Source: Octopus sinensis (Eukaryota). Taken from it: DNA of 64,000 nucleotides. Below, one piece after another: positions 13,415 to 24,424 of the stretch. Position numbers and translations under genes: made by a program. Where the stretch lies: contig NW_021835990.1 of NCBI RefSeq assembly GCF_006345805.1, forward strand, positions 186,001 through 250,000, given 5' to 3'. Below the pieces are notes generated by a model. It was not told the DNA's origin, did no database searches, and saw nothing but the letters and a program-made list of their open reading frames with translations. The first letter of the stretch is position 1; each line of letters starts with the position of its first letter.

Positions 13415-15709
13415 TTAATTGTTATAATTTTGGTGACTTGTTCGAAAAATGTTTCTATCATCTTGGGAAGTATTATTTGAAATTGAAGTGGGAAAAATCA
13501 ATCCGTGGAAGAATGGCTGAGAATAATTAGAAACTGTGAACAATCGAGGAGCCACTGACTGAGATGAACCAAATAGAGAGTGAAACACTTGGCCATTGAA
13601 AGCCGAGTTTTTAAATGGAAGGTCTCGATAAGCAATGTTGCTACTTCCGCCAAATACAGTATTCATTGAGTCAAAACAAGGCCTCTTATTGGAAGATAAA
13701 GGAAATCTTAGAAATGTGATTCATTTTGGGTATCCTGACAAAGAGAACGTACCGATCCTTCTACGAGGACTAAAGAGGGCGGTTCATTCTCAACTTCTAG
13801 ATTATTTATATCTTTATCCTCGTCAGAATCTTCAATAACAATAACATCGTCTCCATCCTTCGAAATATTGACCACGCTCTCAGTTATCGGAGTCGGTTCT
13901 TTATGTTGAGCGGTATCAAAAATTTGTGAGGGATTCACTGAATCAGAACAAGGTCTCTTATTAGAGGATAAAGGAAATCGCAGAATATGTGGTTCATTTT
14001 GGATATCCTGACAAAGAGAACGTACTGATCCTTCTATGAGGACTAAAGAGGGAGGTTCATTCTCAACTTCTAAATTATTTATATCTTTATCCTCGTCAGA
14101 ATCTTCAATGACAATAACATCGTCTTCATCCTTCAAAATATTCGCCACATTCTCAGTTATCGGAGTAGGTTCTTTATGTTCAGTGGTATCAGAAATTTCT
14201 AGGAAAATCAACAATAGCAAGTAACCTTTAGCAGGTTCCATTTTATCTGAAACACGGTGCCAAAGCCCATTCTCATCAAACCTAACAGATCTCACGTGAG
14301 TTTCAGTCTGCATTAAAATGAAGGAGACGTATCTTATGGAATAATATAGTCAAAACACAATACTCGTCAATCTTCACGTAGCAAAAGTCCATAGGCCGAA
14401 AACAGATAGGACAGCGCCAATTAGGTCTTTTCTCATTCATTGTGAGAAAAGTATGGGCATCAAAACATTGAATGTGGTCACATTGCGTTGACCTGACCGG
14501 AAGAGACAAACGAGTCTGGGATATCTACACATGTAAATGAGAATATTGAAACAGGACATAAGAGAGAGAGGAATATATCAGTCACAACAGGTTCGTCAGT
14601 TTCATTGTTTCCAGAAAGACGTTCAGTGACTAAAAAGTCACTTTATTAGGTCAATACTCCATTTCTGAATCTGTTCAGTTGTTATTAGAGATCGAGATTG
14701 TATTTTATTTATTAAATCGTTGACTGATAATTTTTTAACAACAAAAATTCCCGCGTAATATTGATCCTAAAAATAAATATAAAAATTACTTTTTCGCTAG
14801 AACTGTTACGGACAAATAAACAATTTGTGCTATTAGGACGTGTGATTGTCACCATAGTCACATCAACAGGAATCCGCGGGCGTTTCCGTACGTCGTTTTG
14901 TCGCTTGATAGGGAGGTATGGCTAAATAAAAGGTCGACTTATATAGAATACTGGAAGATCAACAGATTTTGAGTTGAGTTTACACGTTAAAGTTGAAGGA
15001 TATTTATCACGCAAAACATTTAATTCCAAAGCGCCAATTCTAAAATTATTAATTTGAACTGAACCTAAGTTGTACTTGAAATTCAGTCCTCAATCCCATA
15101 TAGTCAAAGAATCTGTATTATAAAAATGAAATATCAAAAATTATTTTATATTGAATAAATATTATTGATAAACATATTTTTAAATTTTTTAAAAAACAAT
15201 TACTTTAAATCTGGGAAGGTATTGTAAATTGACTCTGCAAAAGTAAATAAGTTTCTGCTGTCGCCGTCAGTTATATTATCACCTAAAATAATGTATGACA
15301 GCAATACCATTCTTGATTAAGGTTGGGAATAAAAGTGCGTAAAGGTTTTCATAATAAGGAATGTCTTCAAATTTAAGAGAATTCAAATCTATCGGGGGAG
15401 CAACTTGTATTGTAGGAAATATCGTTTTTATTGGAAATATAGCATTATCCCTATTGCTAAAATATAAAATTTGTTATCTGGTGTACTCAAAAATAGATTT
15501 TATTTCTTTCAGAAAATCAGGATTGTAAACTGTTTCTAAATTCTCACAAATTCGTTTCAACAGTTCATTTTTATTTCCAGAAATCTTTGCATGAATATAA
15601 TGACAAAGTTTTTGCAAATCAACTTTTCGAAGTTGCCTGAGTAATATCTATTAAAATTTCAATATTTGATATAAACTATATAAGGGGCCAAAATTTCATT
15701 TCTCGGCAT
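13415..15709 (-). CDS. PIAS: PIAS-family SUMO E3 ligase (SAP, PINIT, SP-RING, duplicated SIM)
   Basis: SAP LRKVDLQKLCHYIHAKISGNKNELLKR; PINIT-like FEDIPYYE, DKYPSTL, RPRIPVDVT; SP-RING LPVRSTQCDHIQCFDAHTFLTMNEKRPNWRCPIC; SIM DVIVIEDSDED twice. One 1-bp deletion near 13712. The 3' end may extend below 13415. Confidence 0.9.
13660..14195 (-). repeat. 273-bp (91-codon) tandem duplication inside PIAS
   Basis: GGTATC anchors at 13912 and 14185; the peptide DT..HKEPTPITE...DVIVIEDSDEDKDINNLEVENEPPSLVL.EGSVRSLCQD occurs twice. Confidence 0.95.
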
Positions 15710-16009
15710 TTTAAAACAAAAATTTCCAAAAAGTCTCACTAAAGTGATTTAATAATATCAGTCTATTTAGCTAAAAATCAATACTTAAAAAAATTAAGAA
15801 TAATTAATTTATTAAATCAGCTTATTTTATATAACAAATTAATTATTAATCAATGGAAACTAGTTAAATTAAAATACTAAAAATGTATATAAAACAATAA
15901 TTAATATATAATGCATATTAAATTTATTTTTGTTATAAATAAATTAATTTATTATATGAATTTTTTTTTAAAAATATAAAAATTGTTTAAATAAATAAAA
16001 AAAACTTTT

Positions 16010-17029
16010 ATGTCCTTGGATCGTGTTTTTGTTAGCCCCCTTGGCTGAGGCAACGAGTACTTCTGGCACGACACAGTTGAAAAATGGGGATCTCCTACCT
16101 TCCTTCCGGTCTTGGCGTGGCGTTATGGGGTCCACCATGTCAGTTGGAACTTCCAATCGGATATGGCAACGCTCAGGAGGCACTTGATGCCTACCGAAAA
16201 AGGACTCAAACGAAAGAAAGACCGGCGACAATACCTCTTCGGTCACCACCCCCGCGGGAGACTTAGGCAGACGGTCGGTGGGGACGGTGGGGCACCTGAT
16301 CATGTCGGTGTCGATGACTGTGGTCTCCCTCCAAGTCATCTTCGAGTCCATCAAGGCCCTGTTTTCGGGGAAAATAGAAATAGAACTGGATGCAGTGTCG
16401 ATCGGAAGTTTATTGGCCACGATTGGTAGATTATCAGCACATGTGTGATTAGTCTCAAAGGCAGTCCTCTTTCTCCTCCTTTTCCGGAAGAAGACTCCTC
16501 CCTTCAGGACGATTCACAAGGACAGCTTCAACGACGTCCTCAGCAACTCGTTTACTTTGATTTGTGTGTTCGCTGGTCAGTCGATGTGACTGAGTTGTAG
16601 TCACCCAAGGAGTGCGCAACTGGAACCCCAACTGGAAGTATTTGGACCCCCTGGTGGCCATTGCCCTGTCCTCCTACATTGTGGTGGGGTGGGTCCTCGT
16701 CTCTCTCGGTCTGCAGTGTTGCCCATTTAAGATTTGGGGAGGAGACTGAGTGGAGTGACTGCAGACTCTCACTTCATCCAGCGACTGGCCTGGGTGTGTC
16801 TCAACCACCACCGGGACATAATCAGCATTGACACGATCCGCGGAATCCACTTTGGGGACAATCTGATTGCGGACGTGCACATTGTCCTGCCCCCTTCCAT
16901 GGCACTCAGCACAGCCCACGACATTGGCGAGTCACTCCAACTCGAACGGTTCGAGGATGTCCAAATGGCCTTTGTGCACCTCACTACGAGTCCGACCACC
17001 ATCCGTCCGTCGAGCATGTGTTTAAATGA
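16010..17029 (+). CDS. Mn-type cation diffusion facilitator (MTP8-11-like), damaged or N-terminally incomplete
   Basis: IMSVSMTVVSLQVIFES, KDSFNDVLSN, YLDPLVAIALSSYIVVGW, IDTIRGIHFGDNLIADVHIVLPPSMALSTAHDIGESLQ, AFVH. Small deletions are present and TM1-2 are not recognisable. Confidence 0.8.
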
Positions 17030-17044
17030 TAGTTGTATCTTTTA

Positions 17045-17251
17045 TTCAAAAAGGCCGAGTTGTTAGAGCAGGTGAGGATGGTGATGAATACGCAGATTAA
17101 CGTCCTCTGCGGGAAGTGTTGGGACATGTGCGTGGACAAAGTGGATCGACCACTCTCGGCCGGCAACAACAACTGTCTGAAGGACTGTGCCACCAACTTT
17201 GTCAACTCTACCCTACTCATTGCCCAACTATTGGTCAATAACACTAAATAA
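17045..17251 (+). CDS. Small Tim chaperone (Tim8-like, twin CX3C), start not identified
   Basis: KCWDMCVDK...LSAGNNNCLKDCATNFVNSTLLI twin CX3C motif; probable intron GTGAGG...GCAG just upstream. Confidence 0.8.
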   Translation, partial: FKKAELLEQVRMVMNTQINVLCGKCWDMCVDKVDRPLSAGNNNCLKDCATNFVNSTLLIAQLLVNNTK

Positions 17252-17267
17252 CATTTAACACAATTTG

Positions 17268-18338
17268 TCAGTCGAAAAGAGAACAAACCCGGGAGAGAGA
17301 GTACTGGCCATACTCCTCTGCAGGGATAAGGGCGGACAGTACTCTTGTATATACTGAATGCTATGTTGTCGCACACATTCAACTCGTCCCCCCACACATT
17401 CCACTGCAGACACGGCCGCTGGGAGTCATCAACACTCCTCACCCACAAATAATGTCCGAATTTGAGTTGGCAGACGTGCACGACTTGGGTGGCCACCACA
17501 TTCCTGGTCATACAAAAACATACTCGTCGAAAGTGTAGACCCACACGGCTGCTGATGTGGCAATGGCCAGTGCGTGGTAGTGTCTCCCGTTGTTGGGGGC
17601 AAACACACAGTCCAGAGGGGGCGAGTCGGGCAGTTCAAACACTCTTTTACGATTGCCTTTCAAATCTGTGAGGACGACCGACCCACATTCGTCCCCACCC
17701 ACAGCCACTGCCAGCAGAGGGGGGAACATTCTTAAATAGGCAGCCCAAGGAACCTCGAGTTACTCCAGGAGAGAGAGCGAGAGGGAGCCTGTAGCTCGAT
17801 GGAGCGGAGAACAACCCAACTGTCGAGGAAGGCAATGTTAGTGCTTATCATAACATTAACCAGCCCGTCAATACTCAGACCGGCCTCACACTTACGACTG
17901 CCCACAAACCAGTGTCAGGTCGTAGGGGGAGAACTTGGTGCAAATGACTGACTTGTTCCAGTACCCCAGTCGACAGCAGACCCTCCAAACTCGGGTAGTC
18001 CTCTTATTTGATGGGTTTTTCTCGTCTGCTGTGGGGGAAGGAGGTGACCTTTTTCCTGGAAAATGAAGACTTTGAAGTCTGAGGCGCCCGAGGCAATGAC
18101 ACTGCCGTAGTGCTCGGGTGCCCAACAGGCTGTGAGGACGCGGCCATTGTGGTGCTGGGAGTGGGGGAGGCTTAGTAACCCGCAGTGTGGTGCTGCATCT
18201 CCACGTATCGCCTGTCCTATCCCAAACCTTGACCAACGAATCACTGGAACATGTCAGCATTCGCGTGCTGTTGAAATTGAGGGCAATTGAATTGATCACA
18301 TCCTCGTGCCCGGATTTCATTTGCGTTCCACAAGGCAT
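17268..18338 (-). CDS. SEH1: Nucleoporin/GATOR2 subunit SEH1 (WD40)
   Basis: GHEDVINSIALNFNSTRMLTCSSDSLVKVWD, HNGRVLTACWAPEHYGSVIAS, DCVFAPNNGRHYHALAIAT, LQWNVWGDEL. The apparent stops fall in 20-25 nt GT-AG introns. Confidence 0.88.
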
Positions 18339-18456
18339 TATTATTCTTTCCAATATATTTAATACATTTTCTGGAGTGGGACGAGGAATGGCTTTTTAGC
18401 CTCTCACAGTACAGTTATAAAGTAAATAGTTTAAATAAATAAGTGTTGTTAGTTGA

Positions 18457-19110
18457 ATGGAGGACGAAGAACAGTTCAACGACACAGTGCGTGAATATGT
18501 GGTGGTTTCCCAGTGTGACCCTCCTAGGTTGTCTTCCTAATGTGGATCACCGTCTACCTCGTCTCCTTCTACACCATCGGGAGATATCGCACAAGTCTGA
18601 AAGTGCTCTACAGGACGGATGACCGAGTGACCCACTCTCAGCTGTTCCGTCATCAATTGTAGTCAACTGTCTCTACTCTCTAGGTTTGTGGTACTTTGTG
18701 TCCTCCACTGTGGGGGTGCCCTACCTTCTCCTCATTCCATACTTCCTTCTCGAGTCGGCCCGATTCCGCGGACCATTCAGAGTAAGGACTACTCCACATT
18801 GCAGGGCATCCTCGGGAGGGTGAGTGAGCCCGTCTGCGTGCTGTGCCTCCTCGGTTGGGTCCTTCTCCACATTGCTTTCATTGTGCAGGACCGATATTCC
18901 AAACACTACTTCTCTCACCTCTACGAACAGTTTTATTCCATTTTGTGTCTTCTCGGAGTCGGTTTCCACCTGTGTAAGTCACCTCGGCTTGTTGTAGTCT
19001 GCGCTCCCCGAGGACTGTCCTCCCTCATGCCATTTCACACGCGACGGACAGTCCGATTGCTTTATTTCACTTATTTCGTTTATTCCGCGTTTGGGAGTGT
19101 CCGTGATGGT
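18457..19110 (+). CDS. LMBR1: LMBR1/LMBR1L-like membrane protein, much shorter than typical (internal/3' loss)
   Basis: MEDEEQFNDTVREYV, QGILGRVSE..VLCLLGWVLL, FYSILCLLGVGFHL, CAPRGLSSL match LMBR1 segments; C-terminal half not seen. Confidence 0.7.
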
Positions 19111-19587
19111 GGTCTCTATATGACTGACCACGTAATCCTCTATTCTGATTGACAGGGGGATCCCTCCGTGTCCAAACTCGGCCCTTTGGTGGATGTGGGA
19201 ATGATTTCGTACGCTTATTCGGTCACCCAAGTAGATATTAAAGTGTGTGGTACACATTGGAAAAATATGTGGCGGAAAAATAGTTGAGTACTCAGACTGT
19301 GGAAATTAGAAAGAAAATGGCTGGAGCATGAGGCGTAACAGTCCAACTTTTGAAATGTTCATTTTAGGAGGCCGTTAAATATTTGCCAAGTTGGAAGGCT
19401 CAAGGCTACGATGTGTATATAATTTTTTTCTGAAGAACTTTGAAAGATCAAGAGGTTTAACTTCCTATCCAAGTCTCCAACTGCTTCCAAAGCCCGGATA
19501 ACCTTACAGAAGTCCGGCACCTTCATTCTAAAATTCAGTTCGCCAGAGGATGCTGCTGCGTTCAAAGCAGAGCTGACTCAATCGAAT

Positions 19588-20487
19588 ATGTTTGGCGAAG
19601 GCGGCCATAAACTTGCCTCAATAGCTGAGAAGGCCTCAGTCTTGGTCCTTAAAGGAATCCCTCATTGGATCTCGACAGAGGATCTTAACCTCCACTTGAG
19701 AGAAAGTCTAGAATCGGACTTCAAGTTCGAAAGATTCTCTCGCAATGGAACCGACATGCCTATCGGCAGACTCACGCTGGATTCCAGAGCCGAGGCCAAC
19801 ACCCTCATCCGCTTTGGAATAACTGCGGGCTTCAGCCATATCCGCTGCGAATGGCACAAGCCCTCAGCAACGAGATGCTTCCGTTGCAATCAGTTTGGAC
19901 ATACGTCCTACAGATGCTCCGAAAAACTCCGTTGTCTCCTCTGCGGTAAAGAACACAGGCACCAAAACTGCCCGAGTTCCAAGCCAAAATCGAATGTCCC
20001 AGCTGCAAAAACTTGCATTAATTGCAAGAACACTGGGCACTTGGCGTGCTACGGTGGATGTCCATCTGCCAAAGCAGCAACAGCAGCCTCAAGGGCTGCG
20101 AAGAGCCCACAGACAAAAAGCCCAGTACGCTGGGTGAAAGCCGAACCGATAAAATCAGTCTGGACAAAAGCGGCTCCCCGAAGTCCGTCCAAAGTCGATG
20201 TCTCTACTCAGACGTCGCCGGCCCCCAGCACACTCACAAACTCGAAGACAACCACTAATGAGTGCCATAACTCAGAAGTGGTCCGCTCGGCTGTCCCTCA
20301 TAAGAGGAGAAAAACCCACCGTGACAAAGCTTTGTCACAAAGAGGTCCCCACTCGGATCAGGACCTACACAACAGAGATTCCCAACTGGAATGCTTCCGC
20401 TGTTGTGTAGGAGCCCTGACCCTACTTGGAGTGGATATGGATATGCTGCAAGAGCTCCTGCTAGAAGGGAGCAATTCAGCAACATAG
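19588..20487 (+). mobile_element. Non-LTR retrotransposon ORF1 (gag-like, three CCHC knuckles)
   Basis: CFRCNQFGHTSYRC, CLLCGKEHRHQNC, CINCKNTGHLACYGGC; I/Jockey-type arrangement; no intact ORF2 follows. Confidence 0.85.
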
Positions 20488-20779
20488 CCACCATTAACTC
20501 TGGCTCACGACAGATGAATTGGACGCAAGCTCAGAAGAGTTCAGTTGCCTTTGCATCAGTCTCGTCCTATCACCGTCCTTAATTCCTGTCACTTTCTCTT
20601 TCTCTGTTAATTACAATAAACTTCATTCATTCATCCTGATAAGTGAAAATTCAGTGTCCACAAAAAAGCAAAGACTTATAACAGGCATGCTGTTTCTATA
20701 TAAACTAATGACCAATTGTGTAAACATCAAGCTTGATGCGTTTGTGGAAGCTTCCGCCCTTCTCTCAAAAAATCAATTA

Positions 20780-21900
20780 AGAACGAAGAAGCTTTGTCAA
20801 AGGGCAAAAAAAGATATAAACAATACGAATGATTAAGTAAACAAAGATATAAACAATACGAATGATTAGAAACTTCATAGTGCATAGATCGATGTTAAAA
20901 AAGCATTCGATTAAACAGATCACGACTTTCTGAAACAGATTTCGGAAAAGTCTGGTCTACCTGGATGGATTGTCAAGTTTGTTGAGCCGATATTCACCAG
21001 ATGTAAAGTCAAACTAGAATTGAATAACAAGTAAATTCGAGATTTACGCATCAAGAAAGGAATCTTGGAAGTGGACGGTTTGTCCCCCGTGCTATTTGTC
21101 CTTGTATTAGACCCTTTGAGTCGTTTATTATCTCATAACTTCGGAAAAATCTCTATAGGGGGACGTTTTTTTAACAAATCACTATCTTTTCATCAATTAT
21201 GTCGAAACTTTTCTCGAAAAGTGAGGATTTTTTTGTTAGAATGGTGGAAGAAGTGAAATGGCATTTACGTGCAGCTGACTTTGAGAAAAATCTGGAAAAG
21301 TCAGCTACGAATGCCGCATTGCTATCAACATAAGCAAAAGTTTTTGAATAAATTGGTGGATATAAGTACTTTAGAGTTTAACTGAGAAAATTCAAAAAAT
21401 TGGACATGCTGAAAATAATTATCAGAAAATTAATCATGAGAATTGAAAAATTAACATGTAGAAAACTGAATGGAGTAAACATGTTCAATGCAATTAATGA
21501 ACACGCTTTCTCACCGTACAGCTATTACATTGAACTAGTCGATATTGAGCCAATCGAATATGAAATAGTGGACGATAGAATCCTGGCAAAATTAATAGAA
21601 TACAAGATACCCTTTTGACCGGCGATTAAACAGAGATTATACCTCGCCAGTAACAATTTTAGAAAATGATTGAATCCAATTTCTCTTCTAAGTGAACGTA
21701 TGCTTCTTGGATTCCTTATGGACTAAAAAAAACCCAAGTGGTGTCTGTAAAAAAAGCTTCTCTATTCTTCAGACAAAATGCTGGAAAAAGCTATTGAAGA
21801 GCACTTGATTTACAAATATCTACTTGAAAAATCAGTTTTACTTAGCAAAAATTTGTGGTCTGTGTCTAGAAAAAGCACCCAATTACGCTAATTATTAGAA
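20780..21900 (+). mobile_element. Degraded RT of an R4/Dong-like RLE non-LTR element
   Basis: IDVKKAFD, GILEVDGLSPVLFVLVLDPLSR, KLNGVNMFNAINEHA; many stops. Confidence 0.75.
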
Positions 21901-21974
21901 TATTCAATTTTTCCCATTTTTTAGAACACCTAAAAAATATTTTTTGAATAGTATCAAACAAAGAATCTTAGTTA

Positions 21975-22192
21975 GAATCAAAACAGTGACGATCTCCCCG
22001 GTGACCTTATCGTGGACCACAATATCGGGTCTGTTGTGCAGGACAACAATCGAGATGCGTATGGAGGTATCCACCTCAATGCACACCCGCGAGTTCTCAC
22101 ACACTGATTAAACTTGATGGGTTCGCAACTTTCTGCACCGTCTCAAGCCATACGTATTGCAAAGCAAAAGATGGAGGGACCTCACCACCTCG
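21975..22192 (-). mobile_element. R4-like RLE fragment, inverted
   Basis: EVVRSLHLLLCNTYGLRRCRKLRTH...VDTSI....VLHNRPDIVVHDK; homologous to ORF 37815..39002. Confidence 0.75.
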
Positions 22193-22214
22193 GTAATCAT
22201 TTGAATATCTTCGC

Positions 22215-22410
22215 ATGTCTTTAGACTGTTGAAATGGTTTCAAGAATCACAAGTTGATATAAAATGGCGAATAACTTTTTGATTTATACCAATATATTTT
22301 TGGGAAATTAAATGGCACATCTTGGAAACTCCAGGATGTCCGATAGAATGTTCTGAGACCTTAATTCACCAGTAATTTTATTATGGATATCCTTAAACAT
22401 GCACCTGACT
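22215..22410 (-). pseudogene. Integrase H2C2 zinc-binding remnant (Ginger/Gypsy-like)
   Basis: EHSIGHPGVSKMCHLISQKYIGINQKVIRHFISTCDS. Confidence 0.55.
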
Positions 22411-22416
22411 GGAAGA

Positions 22417-22990
22417 CAGTTTATTGATAAAATCTCTAGACGGAATGTATAACTTTTTCATCAAGAAGTTGAACTCTGCATGCGTTTCTGTGTAAAAAGA
22501 TAATCCGAATAATTAACGGAGAATAAATGCTTGATAGCTGGTTGACATTGAAAAAGCCTCCGACTCGGTGTGGCACGACGGTTTCCGGAGCTCCCTCGCC
22601 ACGTATGGGTTTCTCCGTTTCTAAGACGCTGCGAGGACAGGGAGAAGTACGTTGACGCGTTCAAGAAAGTCAAAAGACGAGCCATCCGGCTAGCCCATGG
22701 CTTAGGAAGGAAGACCTCTCGGAAACACAGGAATTATCCTTCCCTGAGGTCCTAGAGAAGATAATGTCTGGGTGGCAGGTAAGGCGGTAAGTCGTGTTTA
22801 ATGGGGTGCAAGGGAGGAGTCTGTCCTGATTTTGATGTTTTATTAACGTTTTTTGCATGCAAAACTGGAGTCAAACGTTCCTAGACCTTAGTTTCTTTAT
22901 AGGCTACTACAATGTATGCTAATGGCCTATCCATAAGGACCCTTCTAGAAGAGGCCTGGAATTATGCAGTTTATTGATAAAATCTCTAGA
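22417..22990 (+). mobile_element. CR1/L2-like RT C-terminal fragment flanked by 24-bp direct repeats
   Basis: VWVSPFL...KYVDAFKKVKRRAIRLAHGL; CAGTTTATTGATAAAATCTCTAGA at 22417-22440 and 22967-22990. Confidence 0.6.
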
Positions 22991-24424
22991 ATACATAACA
23001 AATTCACTAAAATATTATAAATCAGTCAATTAACAAATTTGAAAAGCTGAACTGTCTGAACTTTAGATATTTCTAACTAAAAATGAGTCTTTATTTCCCG
23101 ACAAAACACCCCCCGAGATCTCCACTTGTGTGCAACCAATCGACCTGATTTTTCCAGGACAACTGCCTCCCTTGATCGTCTATTATATTAATATGTTCAA
23201 CCTCCTCTAAACCTTTTTAGTATCTCAAACTAAGGAACTATGTACGATCTAACTTAAGATGTCAGACTTACAATGTAAATAAGAATTTATTCAAAAAATT
23301 TATTTTTTGTTAAATTTAGTTGATTTTATAATTTTTATATTTCTAAACCCTTGTAGATTTGAGTCTAATTTTTGTTTTGAACACAAAATATGTTTGAAAA
23401 ATAAATTTTCATCAGATCACGATCAAAGAAAGTATTCGTATTAAAACTATTTTATTTATAAACCATTCCAAATAATGTAATTTCAACGTCCAAACAGAAT
23501 GACTCGTTACTTTTCGTGGAGGGAAATCTTTTGTTTAGAATGTGTCATGCTTAGACTTTTTATCAAAATGACTTTTGCTTTCGTCAGTAACTGACTTCAA
23601 AAGGAATTGATGTACGTCCTTTCTTAAAAAATGTGGAAATCATCCCACTTGCGTTCGAGAAAAGAGCTGTCACTGGTGAGAAAGCAGAGGTATTTTTAAA
23701 GGAGGTCGAAAACATGACTTCTAAACGCACATTTGAGAGGAGGGTGACCCACGAGTGTACCAGAGAATCTCAGACACGAGCCCGAAAAGAAAAAAATTGG
23801 CTATTCGCGATTCTAAACTCATGAAATTATATTTGATCGGAGTTAAATTATTAGCGATGGGTGTTAATTTATTATACTTTACATATCTGTAGTAAAAATA
23901 AGACAATAAAATTTTTTATGAAATCAATGTTGGAATTGCATTTTTAAATCTAATTTACTACTTTAGGCTCTAGAATCTATCCACTCCAAAAGCAGGCGTC
24001 CCGACAGGATGAATCATTGTAAATCTTCTTTTTAGACAAAGAGGACGAAATATCTGTGTATTCCGACGCTTTTGAGTATGGTCCCTTGTCTTTGAAACCT
24101 CAGGAATCGTCGACAAGGCCATAACTCAACTCCTCACTGACATTAGTAGGAGAATTTATACATTAAAAATGAAATCATTTTAAAAAAAACACCAGTTCCA
24201 TTCAATTGAAATTAATATTAATAAAACGTACACAAATTTAACTTTAACATAACGTTTTAGGAAAATGAATATCTCCAATAAAATGAATATAAAATTTTTT
24301 TAATGTTTAATTATATAATAAAAACAATAAGTTGTGTGATAATGTCTGTCTTGTATGTCCGTTGTACAGAAATTTTAAAATCTTAAAAAAGGGAAGAGGT
24401 GTAAGATAAAGAAGATGAATTCAA

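Noticed and set aside
16010-16250. Separate Tim17/22/23-like gene start fused to the CDF
   Set aside because: The resemblance (GISYL.SGLGVALWG) is too weak and frameshifted to support without a profile search
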